Shown here: one piece after another, positions 19,170 to 28,917 of the stretch | Numbering within the stretch: position 1 is the stretch's first letter | How the letters are laid out: each line of letters begins with the position of its first letter | From: Anaerolineales bacterium | Lineage (GTDB): Bacteria; Chloroflexota; Anaerolineae; Anaerolineales; E44-bin32 | NCBI GenBank assembly: GCA_035693825.1 | Contig: DASSGB010000099.1 | Location: 1-63,933, forward strand | Direction: 5' to 3' | Length of the DNA: 63,933 bases | The notes under the pieces: model-generated | Database searches by the model: none | The model's input: the letters and a program-made list of their open reading frames with translations, nothing else | Told to the model about the DNA's origin: nothing | Program-made: the position numbers and the translations under genes

Positions 19170-20690
19170 TCAGGCCAACTCCACGCGGCGGATCTTGCCC
19201 GAGGCGGTCTTGGGCAGCGTGTCGCAGAACTCGACCGCCGACGGAACCATGAGGTCCTCCAGATGCGCCCGGCAGTGACGAAGCACATCGGCCGTGGTCA
19301 GCCCGGCACCGTTGACGACAACAAAGGCCTTGATCGCCTGCCCCAGGACCGGATCGGGCACGCCGACGACGGCGGCCTCCAACACGCCCTCCAGCCGATA
19401 GAGCACGTTTTCGATTTCCTTCGGCGAGACCTTCTCCCCGCGGCTCTTGATCATGTCATCCCGGCGGCCGACGAAGTAGAAGTAGCCGTCTTCGTCCATT
19501 CGGAACAGATCACCCGTGTAGCACAGGCGCTCGCCGGGAAGAGGTCCCGGCCGGAACCGCCGGGCGGTGGCCTCGGCGTCGCCCCAGTAACCGCGCATCA
19601 CGTGCCGCCCGCGCACGACCAGCTCGCCCACCTCTCCCGGACCGAGGCGATGCCCGAGCTCATCCTCCACCCAGACCTCCGTGCCGGGGATGGCGATGCC
19701 GACCGAGTCGGGGCGCCGATCCAACTGGTCCACCGGGAGGTACAGCGTGCGCTTGGTCTCCGTCAGGCCGTACATGGAATACAGACGCGCGCCGGGAAAC
19801 TTGTCGCGCAGGCGCAGGATGTGGGCCGGCGGCAGGGCGGCGGCGGTGTTGGTCAGGTAGCGCAGACTCGAAAGATCGTAGGGAGCCAAATCCATGCCCA
19901 GAAGCATCGAATAGAGCGTGGGGACGCCCGGCAGTCCCGTCACGCGCTCCTTCTCCATCCGAGCCAGGATCTCGGCCGGGAAGGTGAAGCCCTTCTCCAG
20001 CACCAGCGTTCCGCCAAAACTGAAGACCATCAGCAACTGGTACAGGCCGTAGTCGAAGGAGAGCGGCAAGACGTCGATGACGACATCGTCCGGCGTGTTC
20101 TCGAGGTAACTGGTGATCGACTGGACGGCGAAGACGACATTGCTGTGATCGGACATCACCCCCTTGGGCTCGCCCGTGCTGCCCGAGGTGTAGATGAGGC
20201 AGGCCAGGTCCAGATCGATGTTGACCTGCGGCGGGCGCTCGGCGACGCTCCCCGCCAGCAATTCCTGATAGCTCAGCACGTCCGGCCCCGGCGCGACCGC
20301 CGAAGGCACGGCCATTACCCACCGCAGGTCCGGCAAATGGGCACGTGAGAGTTCGGCCCCCCGCGGCGTGGTCAGCAACGCTCGCGCCTGGCAGTTGCGC
20401 AAGATATAGGCGAGCTTGTCGGGCTTGGTCGTAACGTTCACTACGACGAAGGCGGCTCCGGCCTTGAGCACGCCGAAGATGCCTACGACCAACTCGACGC
20501 TGTTCGGCAGATGGAGCACGACCCGATCGCCGCGCCCGATGCCGCGCGCCAGGAGGGCGTGGGCCAGGGCATTGGCTCGGCGCTCGATCTCGGCGTAGGT
20601 GAGGCGCTGCCCGTCGCAGATCAACGCCAGCGAGTCCGGACGCGTATCGGCGCTATGGTGCAACAGGTCCTGAACGAGACGCGGGTTCAT
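19170..20690 (-). CDS. Class I adenylate-forming enzyme (AMP-dependent ligase)
   Basis: YTSGSTGEPKG, MYGLTE, TGD, GRRDDMIKSRGEKVSPKEIE, LPKTASGKI; start ATG 20690. Confidence 0.92.
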   Translation of the reverse strand: MNPRLVQDLLHHSADTRPDSLALICDGQRLTYAEIERRANALAHALLARGIGRGDRVVLHLPNSVELVVGIFGVLKAGAAFVVVNVTTKPDKLAYILRNCQARALLTTPRGAELSRAHLPDLRWVMAVPSAVAPGPDVLSYQELLAGSVAERPPQVNIDLDLACLIYTSGSTGEPKGVMSDHSNVVFAVQSITSYLENTPDDVVIDVLPLSFDYGLYQLLMVFSFGGTLVLEKGFTFPAEILARMEKERVTGLPGVPTLYSMLLGMDLAPYDLSSLRYLTNTAAALPPAHILRLRDKFPGARLYSMYGLTETKRTLYLPVDQLDRRPDSVGIAIPGTEVWVEDELGHRLGPGEVGELVVRGRHVMRGYWGDAEATARRFRPGPLPGERLCYTGDLFRMDEDGYFYFVGRRDDMIKSRGEKVSPKEIENVLYRLEGVLEAAVVGVPDPVLGQAIKAFVVVNGAGLTTADVLRHCRAHLEDLMVPSAVEFCDTLPKTASGKIRRVELA

Positions 20691-20697
20691 GCTGTGT

Positions 20698-20970
20698 TCA
20701 GTGAGGCTCGGCGGCGCCGTTCCCGGAGAGCTTCTTGCGCACGAAGTCACTGAGATTGGCCACGGAATCGAAGTTGGCCCGGACGATCTCCTGATCCCGG
20801 ATGGTGATGCCGAAGGCTTTCTCGGCGAAAAGCACGATCTCCATGATGTTCATGGAGTCGACGATTCCGTTGTCCAGGAAGGAGGTTTCGTCCGGATACG
20901 GATATCCGTTGCCGCTGAACAGGATGTTCTCGGCGATGTAGGCGCGCAGCTTCTCTTCAATGGCTTCCAT
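20698..20970 (-). CDS. Acyl/peptidyl carrier protein
   Basis: 90 aa, acidic, GIVDSM phosphopantetheine attachment motif, NFDSVANL. Confidence 0.9.
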   Translation of the reverse strand: MEAIEEKLRAYIAENILFSGNGYPYPDETSFLDNGIVDSMNIMEIVLFAEKAFGITIRDQEIVRANFDSVANLSDFVRKKLSGNGAAEPH

Positions 20971-20991
20971 CGATCATGGCTCCCTCGAGGG

Positions 20992-23733
20992 TCATACGAA
21001 CGGAGGTCGGCGGTCGGTAGGGTCGGCGCCGGTGGCGGTCGGCCGTCTTCGAATGGCGGCGGCGGCGCCCAGGACAACCAGGGTCGAGGCTCCGCCGATG
21101 ACCAGGGCCATCATCAGACCGCCTCCGGACGGGATGCCCTCGACGCGCCTCGGAAAGGTAGGCTGCACGGTGGGCGCCTGGGTGGCCGCCGGCTGAGGTG
21201 TGGGTGTTTCCGTCGCCGGTGTGGCCAAGGCGGCCATGGGGGTCGGCGCGGGAAGACGGCCGAGATCCAGGCCGAGCGTGGCGAAGATCAGCTTCCACGG
21301 CCGGGTTCCGTCCGGCTGGGCGGGCGCCAGGGACAGGTACGCGACGACCAGGCGATCGCGCGAGTCGAGGGTCGTGGTCATCCCACCCACATCCTCGGCT
21401 TCCCGCGCCTCCAACACCAAGCTGGCACCGGTGCGCCAGCGCGAGCCAACCCAGATGCTGTATCGCAGGGCGGGCGCTTTTCCGCTCGCTTGATAGAGCT
21501 GGAGCAGATGCAGTCTTCCAGCTCGATCGACCTCGAGCGATAAGGCCCCCTGCCCTCCTTCGAGAGTGGTCAGGGCGCTCGGCGCGCTCCACGTCGCGCC
21601 GCCATCGGTCGAATGGATGTGGGCGGTATGAACCTGCCCGGGCTGCATTTCCTCCCAGATGAGATGCACCTCGCCGTCGGGCGCGGCCACCAATCGGCTT
21701 TCCACGACAGGCCGCGCGACCAGCTGTACGGGATCGGACCACGATGCACCGCCGTCGGATGACCGCGCGTAGGAAACCGCCAGCGGCCCCACACCGCCGG
21801 GAAGCGTCGAGCAAGTCCACACCACGTGCAGGTCATCTTCCCCTGCGACGGCCAGGCGAGGCGCGTCGACCAACTCGCAGGCTCCGGCCACGCCGTCGAA
21901 CACCCTGGCAGGATCCGACCAGGTCTGCCCCTGGTCCTCGGATGTCAGGACATACACGCCGCGCTGTTCATTGACCGGGACCGAATACACGGCGTAGACG
22001 ATCCCGTTGCTTCCCACGGCCATCCCCGGCCACCGCCCAATGGTTTCGACGGGCAGCGGCTCCGGTTCTTGCCAACCCGAGGCGCTTCCGGCCTGCGCCG
22101 CCATGGCTCGACTCAGGAAGAGTTGGCCCGCCTCGCCGCCTACCCACATCGCCAGCATGCGATCGCCAGGCAGGGCCAGCATATCCAGCTGAGTCGTGCT
22201 TCCATGGAGTTCGGACTGCACGCCGAAAGGACCGGCGATGCCGTCCACGTCCAACTTGGCGTAGCGCGCCCGCGATTCGGGCAACCCGCTCTCGGATTCG
22301 AATCCTTCGCTCCAAACGACATGCGCGACGCCCTGAGAATCGCTCACGGCTGCAATGGACAGCATCGTTCCAGGATCGGTCACGCCGACGCTACGCGGCA
22401 TCCAGCCGAACTGGGGCTCGAACCAGTCCTTCACATCCGACAGGCTGCGGGAGGTGATCCATACATCTCCGCCGGCGCCCAGGTCGCAGCCCACAACATA
22501 CACACGGCCGTCGCTCACGTTCGCTTGCCGGCATCCCAGCTCGACGAACTCATACGTTTCCGGGTCGACGAAGTAGTTCAGGTCCGGCTGTGGTTGCGGC
22601 AGGCTCCAGCGCGAGCGGTCACGCGCCACAAGGAAGGTCTGGCTTTGAAATGTGGCGAAGTAGAGGGTGATGCCGTCGTCAAGTTGAAAGGTTTGCAGGC
22701 TGTCCGGGCAGCCGCCGAGTTCCTCGAGGAACGGCGCCGATGTGGACCACGTCTCTCCTCCGTCGACAGAAGCCTCGAAGAGTTGGCGGCAGCTTCCCCC
22801 GCTCTCGACGACCTTCCAGACCATGACCGCCTGGGGTCCGTCGGCGCTTACGGCCGGCGACTGGGCCGAGGCGTAAGGCGCGTCATTGCTGGGCCCGTCG
22901 ATCACTGCCGCGTCTTCCCACGTCAGCCCCGAGTCCGCAGATCTCGAGCGGAAGACGCGCTTCAGGGCCGGATTATCCCAGGCGGCATGAACGACCGTCG
23001 CGCCGTCGAGCGGCCCGACCGCCAAGTTGATGCGCGGCAGATCCAGGGAGGCCTGGTTGATGTCCCCGCCTGCCTGAGGATCCAGGAAGGAGCGATAGTA
23101 ATCCGACAGGTAGAGGGGTTTGGGTTCACCCCAGGCTTCGGCACCGGGGTTCGAGGCCATGTAATAGGCCCCCGGGGCCAACCGACCATCGTCGGAGGCC
23201 CGGATGAAACCCAGATGGACGCGGTTCTGGGCATCCATCACCGCATCGAAGGCAACAACCGATGTCGCCAGGCGCAGGCCGCTTTGCCACGTGCCCGTTG
23301 TACCCAGGCTTCCAGGCGTCATGCGTTTGAAAAGAAGATTCCCGTCTTGGTCGATCCACAGACTGCTGACTTGCGATAGGGGGCCGGAAAGCAGGACGGC
23401 CGTCGCCCCCTGAATGGGGGTTTCGAGGGTCAACGGTGCCGCCCACTCGTCGCCTTCCCCGCGGCTGTAGGCCGAGTCGGCTACGAGGTCTTCCCAAATG
23501 ACGTGCCGAACACCCGACGGATCGATCAGCAGCAGAGGCCGGGTGGCGGTTCCGGAGCGAGACAGGTTGACGGGAACCGCCCAGCCATTGTCGACCCCCT
23601 GCCAGTCCGGGCGAACGGTGAATGCCACCGGACCCGCAAGCAAGGCCATAGGCAGCAGCAGCCCGAGGAGGCGGCTCGACCATGAGGGCCGGTGGGAGGA
23701 AATCGAAGATGACAAGGATGAGCCTCGTGACAT
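20992..23733 (-). CDS. Large membrane-anchored Asp-box (BNR) protein, probably two beta-propellers
   Basis: Five SxDxGxxW boxes (SADSGLTW, SVDGGETW, SEDQGQTW, SSDGGASW, STDGGATW); N-terminal hydrophobic signal; P/T linker, C-terminal TM and RRRP tail. Confidence 0.75.
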   Translation of the reverse strand: MSRGSSLSSSISSHRPSWSSRLLGLLLPMALLAGPVAFTVRPDWQGVDNGWAVPVNLSRSGTATRPLLLIDPSGVRHVIWEDLVADSAYSRGEGDEWAAPLTLETPIQGATAVLLSGPLSQVSSLWIDQDGNLLFKRMTPGSLGTTGTWQSGLRLATSVVAFDAVMDAQNRVHLGFIRASDDGRLAPGAYYMASNPGAEAWGEPKPLYLSDYYRSFLDPQAGGDINQASLDLPRINLAVGPLDGATVVHAAWDNPALKRVFRSRSADSGLTWEDAAVIDGPSNDAPYASAQSPAVSADGPQAVMVWKVVESGGSCRQLFEASVDGGETWSTSAPFLEELGGCPDSLQTFQLDDGITLYFATFQSQTFLVARDRSRWSLPQPQPDLNYFVDPETYEFVELGCRQANVSDGRVYVVGCDLGAGGDVWITSRSLSDVKDWFEPQFGWMPRSVGVTDPGTMLSIAAVSDSQGVAHVVWSEGFESESGLPESRARYAKLDVDGIAGPFGVQSELHGSTTQLDMLALPGDRMLAMWVGGEAGQLFLSRAMAAQAGSASGWQEPEPLPVETIGRWPGMAVGSNGIVYAVYSVPVNEQRGVYVLTSEDQGQTWSDPARVFDGVAGACELVDAPRLAVAGEDDLHVVWTCSTLPGGVGPLAVSYARSSDGGASWSDPVQLVARPVVESRLVAAPDGEVHLIWEEMQPGQVHTAHIHSTDGGATWSAPSALTTLEGGQGALSLEVDRAGRLHLLQLYQASGKAPALRYSIWVGSRWRTGASLVLEAREAEDVGGMTTTLDSRDRLVVAYLSLAPAQPDGTRPWKLIFATLGLDLGRLPAPTPMAALATPATETPTPQPAATQAPTVQPTFPRRVEGIPSGGGLMMALVIGGASTLVVLGAAAAIRRRPTATGADPTDRRPPFV

Positions 23734-23823
23734 GAACGAAAGCGACTGGATGAGATGGCGGGCGATCCGCCTGCAGGTCAGGGAAGGGCAGAAAGACGAA
23801 GGATAGGACGGAACGAAACGGGG

Positions 23824-24936
23824 TCAGGCAGGAAAGGCAGTGGCCGGACTGGAGGCGAACAAATCCCAACGCGATTCGACGGATTCACCTTCCAGCAAGG
23901 AGGCGATCCGCTCGCCCGCCCGGCCGTCACCGAAGACCGGAGGGCGCGCCGATGGCGGGCGAAACTCCGACCAGGTCCGCAAGACGAGTTCGGCGTCGAG
24001 CCCCACCACGACGTTCCATCCTGCCTCGACAGTCTCCACCCACTCCGTCTCGGGCCAGAGAGTCAGGCACGGGACTCCGGCGTGGTAGGCCGCGCGCTGA
24101 ACGTCTCCCGAATCGGTGACGATGAGCCGGGCGTTTTCCTCCAGCTGGTGTCTGTCCAAGACCCCCGGCCATTCGTTCGGCAGCAGGACGTTGGGCCCAA
24201 GGTCGCCGATGGAGGTCAGTTTCCGGACCAACCGCGGCTGTGCCAGGAGGACGACGCGTTCCGGCGCCTGGCGAAGGATGGCCGCCAGGGTCTCCACACG
24301 ATCCTGGTCCTCGAATCCTTCTCGGCGTTCGATGGCCGCCAGCGCATAGCGGCGCGGCACGAGGCCCAGGTCGTCCAGGATGTGCGAGCGTTCCTTGGCG
24401 ATCCGGCCCACGCGCCGTCGGGCGTCCAGCATGGCGTCACCCACCCAATAGGCCGAGCCAATGATGCCCTCGGAGGCCAGGTGACGGACCGCGCTTCGGC
24501 TTGCGCACAAGTGCAAACGCGCGACGTGGTCCGTCACGAGCCGATTGGTCTCCTCCGGCCCCATACGGTGAAAACTGCGCTGGCCGGCTTCGATGTGGGC
24601 GACACGGATGTCCAACTGGCTGGCGGCCAGCGCGGCGGCCAACGTGACGTTGCTTCCGCCCCGCACCAACACCAGATCGGGGCTCTCCGCCAAAAGGATC
24701 TCTTCGAGCCGAAGCATGACATCCGCCATCTGGCTGCCTCGGGATCCGCTGATGACGCCCAGGTGGTAATCGGGGGTCGGAACGCCGAGGTCTTCGAGCG
24801 CCGTGCGCTCGGCGACGGCCTCTGTGGCCGCACCGGCGAGCACCAGCACTTCCTCGTGGCGCTCGCGAATGGCCTGGCTGACAGGAGTCGCCATGATCAT
24901 TTCCGGCCACGTAGCGACCAAGGACAAGACCTTCAT
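23824..24936 (-). CDS. UDP-N-acetylglucosamine 2-epimerase (WecB) homologue with degenerate active site
   Basis: PDYHLG, PDLVLV, HIEAG.RS, PEETNR, VTDSG, TEWVETVEAGWN and FGDGRAGERI align with the family; several catalytic motifs are altered. Confidence 0.8.
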   Translation of the reverse strand: MKVLSLVATWPEMIMATPVSQAIRERHEEVLVLAGAATEAVAERTALEDLGVPTPDYHLGVISGSRGSQMADVMLRLEEILLAESPDLVLVRGGSNVTLAAALAASQLDIRVAHIEAGQRSFHRMGPEETNRLVTDHVARLHLCASRSAVRHLASEGIIGSAYWVGDAMLDARRRVGRIAKERSHILDDLGLVPRRYALAAIERREGFEDQDRVETLAAILRQAPERVVLLAQPRLVRKLTSIGDLGPNVLLPNEWPGVLDRHQLEENARLIVTDSGDVQRAAYHAGVPCLTLWPETEWVETVEAGWNVVVGLDAELVLRTWSEFRPPSARPPVFGDGRAGERIASLLEGESVESRWDLFASSPATAFPA

Positions 24937-25130
24937 AGTGCCGGATCCCTCCGCCTACACATCCCGGCTCGCGCCGGGGCCCGCCGGCCTCGCATCCATC
25001 CGACAGCGGGGTCTCGATTATGAAAGGAGTGTCTTTCTGGTTTCTTTGCGCCCGGACGCCGAGGGACGACGGACCCGTCCCTTGATATGTCTACGCCGGG
25101 GATCCGAACGACGGATGCTACCGGGGCGGC

Positions 25131-26792
25131 CTAGCTCACCGACAGACCCGAGTCGGTCGAGGCCCAGCTGATGTGCTGCAGGCCCACGTTGAGGGCGGTG
25201 CGGAATGTGGACGAGTCGGACATCAGCATCTTCAGGTAGGTGAAGAGGGGACCAGGACGGAACGCCCACTCACGGAATGCCCGCTTCTGCCAGTACAGCA
25301 GGCGTTCTGCCGGCAGGCCGGGGTAGTCGAGCACCGTGCCCTTGTCCATATCGACCTGCTCCCAGCGAGTCCCCTTGCGGAACCACTCATTCTCCACGAC
25401 TTCGAAGAAGAACGGCGTACCCGGATAGGGCGCCGCCACGTGGAACAGAGCGATGTCGAGGGGGAGTTTCTTGGCGAAGTCGATGGTCTGCCGAATGGTC
25501 GCTTCGGTCTCGCCTGGCAGGCCGATGATGAAGTAGCCCCAGTTCTTGATGCCCGCCTTCCGAGCCCAGGTCAGGCCACGCATGGCCTTGTCGGGATAGG
25601 CGCCTTTGCGCGCATGCCGCAGGATCTGCTCGTTGCCGCTTTCGACGCCCCAGGAGATCAACCAGTTGCCGGCGCGGGCCATCAGGTTGAGCATTTCCTC
25701 GTCGACGTAATCCACCCGGCTGTTGCACGTCCAACGAATGCGCAGGTCTTCGGCGATCATCCGCCGGCACAGTTCCACGACCTGGTCGCGGTTGACGGTG
25801 AACAGGTCGGCATACATATGGATGTTGTGAATCCCCAGGCGCTTCAGGGCCCACAACTCTTCGACGATCTTGGCCGGCGAGCGCAGCCGGGCGCTGTACT
25901 GATAACTGACATGCTTGATGCAGTAGGTGCAACCGGCGGGGCAGCCGCGGCTGGTGACGATGAAAGTGAACGGCCCCTTAATCAGTGGCATGCGATAGCT
26001 CTTGAGGGGCAGGAGCTCGTGCATCGGAACGGGCAGGTCGTCCAGGTCCTGGATGAACGGCCGCGGCGGATTGACCACGATCTCATCGCCGCGGCGCCAC
26101 ACCAACCCCTTGATCCCTTCGAGCTGGCCCTCGCCGTTCTCGCCGATCGCCGGCCGATAGGCGGGATCGTGAGCGTCGAAGAGGCGTTGAATCTCGGCGG
26201 GGCGCTCGTCGGTCTTGCCTTCCAGGTGGTCCACCAGATCGCGGATGGTCAGGTCGGGTTCGCCCAGGAGAACAAAATCCAGAGCGGGATAGGGCCGCAG
26301 GGTTTCGCGCGGGATGGCCGTAACGTGGGTGCCGAAGGCGATGGTGCGCGCGCCGCGCGCCTTGGCCAGGAAGCAGCCGTACATGTCGTTTTCGAGAGTC
26401 GGCGCCGTCACCTGCGTGAGGTAATAGCGCGGCTGCAGGCGATCGAGCCTTTTAGCGAACTCCGGCCAACCCATGCGCTCAGCGTTGGCGTCGATCACCG
26501 CCACGCGGTAGGTCGGATGCAGCAGGGCCGCCATCTGGGCTAAGGACACCTGCGGCCAGACCATGTTCTCGCGCGTCCGCCGGCCCACCCTGTGCTGAGT
26601 CCGAATCCACAGCCCGCCGTCCGGCGTCGGCGGGTTGACCAGGGCCACATCCACGGCGCCTTCCGGCCTCGGAACGCTCAGCACACCTTCCAGCACGACC
26701 TTGTCCGCCGAAGGGTAGTTGGCCGAAGGCAGTTTCGGCAGCCGCCGGGCGCCAAGATTGATGCTTCGAACGTCGCCTTCATCTACCGTCAT
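25131..26792 (-). CDS. Cobalamin-binding radical SAM enzyme (class B / HpnJ-like)
   Basis: N-terminal B12-binding region (LVNPP, IDANAE, FGTHVT, GEPD), TSRGCPAGCTYC, GVESGNEQIL, FIIGLPGET, PYPGTP. Confidence 0.9.
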   Translation of the reverse strand: MTVDEGDVRSINLGARRLPKLPSANYPSADKVVLEGVLSVPRPEGAVDVALVNPPTPDGGLWIRTQHRVGRRTRENMVWPQVSLAQMAALLHPTYRVAVIDANAERMGWPEFAKRLDRLQPRYYLTQVTAPTLENDMYGCFLAKARGARTIAFGTHVTAIPRETLRPYPALDFVLLGEPDLTIRDLVDHLEGKTDERPAEIQRLFDAHDPAYRPAIGENGEGQLEGIKGLVWRRGDEIVVNPPRPFIQDLDDLPVPMHELLPLKSYRMPLIKGPFTFIVTSRGCPAGCTYCIKHVSYQYSARLRSPAKIVEELWALKRLGIHNIHMYADLFTVNRDQVVELCRRMIAEDLRIRWTCNSRVDYVDEEMLNLMARAGNWLISWGVESGNEQILRHARKGAYPDKAMRGLTWARKAGIKNWGYFIIGLPGETEATIRQTIDFAKKLPLDIALFHVAAPYPGTPFFFEVVENEWFRKGTRWEQVDMDKGTVLDYPGLPAERLLYWQKRAFREWAFRPGPLFTYLKMLMSDSSTFRTALNVGLQHISWASTDSGLSVS

Positions 26793-26816
26793 TCAGAGCT
26801 CCTCGCCATACCAAGA

Positions 26817-28013
26817 TTAGAGGCCTTGCAGATCGCGGGAGGCCAGCAATTCGCGTCGGCTGAGCTCCTCCAGAACCCGCAGCAAGATCCACGATACCAG
26901 CAATTGCACACCCACGAGCACCAGCATGGCACTTCCCAGGAGATACAACCAGAGTCGCACCACGCTCCATCCCTGCAAGCCGAGCGCCACACTTGTGATT
27001 CCGATGACGGCGCCGAGCGCCATCAGGCCCCCGCCGATCCAGCCGAAATGATGCTCAAGCGGAGGATCGAAGACCGGCCGACCGAAAAGCCCCTGGCGGA
27101 TCGGGCGTCGGTGAAAGAGCGTGACGAGATAGTTGAAAGTGGCTCCAAGACCGAAGACGCTGATCCCAGCCACACCGGCCACCATTCCGCCGAACAGGCC
27201 CGCGACTCCCAGCGACCCCAGGTCGGTCACACCCCGCAGGCGAGTCACCACCAGGCCGAAGGCGACGAGGGCCGCCAGACCCACACCCAGCAGTCCGATC
27301 GATCCCAGGATCCGCACCGGGTTGTAGCTCATGGCCGTCCACAGGATGGACTGCAGGAACGTCGAGCCGTCGCGCAGCACACTCAATTTCGAGCGACCGA
27401 CGCGCTCCTCGTAGGGAATGGCCACTTCCGCCATCCTCACGCCTTCATGCAGCGCCCGGACGCTCATGACCGGCGTCAGGTTGAGCCCGTCGGGCAGGGG
27501 ATACAGTCGCTCGAGGACTTCACGCTTGAACACGCGCATGCCGCTGGCACTGTCGGTGATTCGCCGATCACCCAGGAGAGACAGAAGACCGGCGAAGAAT
27601 AGGTTGCCGATGCGCCGCGTTAGAGGCATCCGGCTGTGAGCCCCCGCCATGCGCGATCCGATCACCAGATCGGCCCCATTCATCGCCACTGCACACAGCG
27701 CGGGCAACGACTCCGGCGGATAGGTGCCGTCGGCGTCCAGGAAACCCACCAGCTCGCCTTGGCTTTGGTGAAAGCCGGTCTTGAGGGCCGCGCCGTATCC
27801 GCGGTTGATCGGGTGACGGACGAGTTGGACGCCGTCCACCGATCCGGCCATCTCCGCCGTCCGATCCTGCGAGCCGTCATCGACGACGAGAAGCTCCAGG
27901 GAGTCCACTCCCACCTGGACAAGCTGCGGGCCGACCGCCAGCACGCGCCGGGCGATGCCGGCAATTCCACCCTCTTCGTTGTAGGCGGGGATCACGACGC
28001 TAAGGCTGGTCAT
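26817..28013 (-). CDS. Glycosyltransferase family 2 (polyprenol-phosphate glycosyltransferase-like) with C-terminal TM helices
   Basis: [38 protein letters not shown]; four C-terminal TM segments. Confidence 0.88.
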   Translation of the reverse strand: MTSLSVVIPAYNEEGGIAGIARRVLAVGPQLVQVGVDSLELLVVDDGSQDRTAEMAGSVDGVQLVRHPINRGYGAALKTGFHQSQGELVGFLDADGTYPPESLPALCAVAMNGADLVIGSRMAGAHSRMPLTRRIGNLFFAGLLSLLGDRRITDSASGMRVFKREVLERLYPLPDGLNLTPVMSVRALHEGVRMAEVAIPYEERVGRSKLSVLRDGSTFLQSILWTAMSYNPVRILGSIGLLGVGLAALVAFGLVVTRLRGVTDLGSLGVAGLFGGMVAGVAGISVFGLGATFNYLVTLFHRRPIRQGLFGRPVFDPPLEHHFGWIGGGLMALGAVIGITSVALGLQGWSVVRLWLYLLGSAMLVLVGVQLLVSWILLRVLEELSRRELLASRDLQGL

Positions 28014-28783
28014 CGGTTCATCCTTCCGGCGAAGAACACGCGGCGCGCCGGCGAATCTTTCGGCGAGCCTTCTATCCTTCGCACAACCCGGGCCGGTACC
28101 CCCGCGACCACGGAATGGGCGGGTACGTCTTCCGTCACGACCGCCCCTGCCGCCACCACGCCGCCGCGTCCGATGCGGACCCCGTCCGTGACGATTGCGC
28201 CCGCCCCGAGCCACACGTCGTCCTCGATGTGAATGCCTTCGGCGGTGATGCCCTGTTCGATGAACGGCCGATTGGGATCGTCGAATACGTGGTTGACGGC
28301 CAAAATCTGGCAGAACGGCGAGGTGTACACGCGATCGCCAAGGTGCACTCCTCCCTGGCCGCGAATGACGTTGTATTCGCCGATCAGGGAATCCCGGCCG
28401 ATACGGATGCCGGCTTGCGGAAGGTCCCGAAAGTTGTAGACATGGAGCACGGAGCCGTGCATGATGAGCGTCCCCGCGCCGATGTCGATGCCGCTCGGGC
28501 AGGCGTGCAGGTAGGTGCCCTCGTCCAGGTACGCACCATGACCCAGCCGGATGTGATTGGCAAACCGCAGGCGGACGCCCTTCTCGATCGCCGCCCAGCC
28601 ATCCATCCGGAGGATGGCCCTGTAAAGGAGGGCCCGAAGGCCGATTCCCGCCACGGTGGGAATCCAGCCCGCCAGCGCCAGGAGGCTTTGCTCAAGCCAG
28701 TAACGCAGGCCGCTGTCGGCCTGGCGCTGGAGATAGAGCTCGAGATCGCCGAAGAGGCGAGCTTTTCCGTTGGGTGAGGTCAT
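28010..28783 (-). CDS. Hexapeptide-repeat (left-handed beta-helix) acyltransferase
   Basis: [49 protein letters not shown]. Confidence 0.9.
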   Translation of the reverse strand: MTSPNGKARLFGDLELYLQRQADSGLRYWLEQSLLALAGWIPTVAGIGLRALLYRAILRMDGWAAIEKGVRLRFANHIRLGHGAYLDEGTYLHACPSGIDIGAGTLIMHGSVLHVYNFRDLPQAGIRIGRDSLIGEYNVIRGQGGVHLGDRVYTSPFCQILAVNHVFDDPNRPFIEQGITAEGIHIEDDVWLGAGAIVTDGVRIGRGGVVAAGAVVTEDVPAHSVVAGVPARVVRRIEGSPKDSPARRVFFAGRMNR

Positions 28784-28917
28784 CGCAGATGTGGGATGGA
28801 TGGGCGCCGACCGAGCGCATCGTCGGGGCGGGGCAGGCTCCGCCCTTCCGACATGCCAGATCCTGCGCCCCCTGGAAATATGAAGAGCCGCTGACGGAGG
28901 TCTTGCCGGACCTCAGG

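Noticed and set aside
19170..20970. NRPS/PKS cluster
   Set aside because: Only a stand-alone ligase and carrier protein; no condensation, ketosynthase or thioesterase domains in the window.
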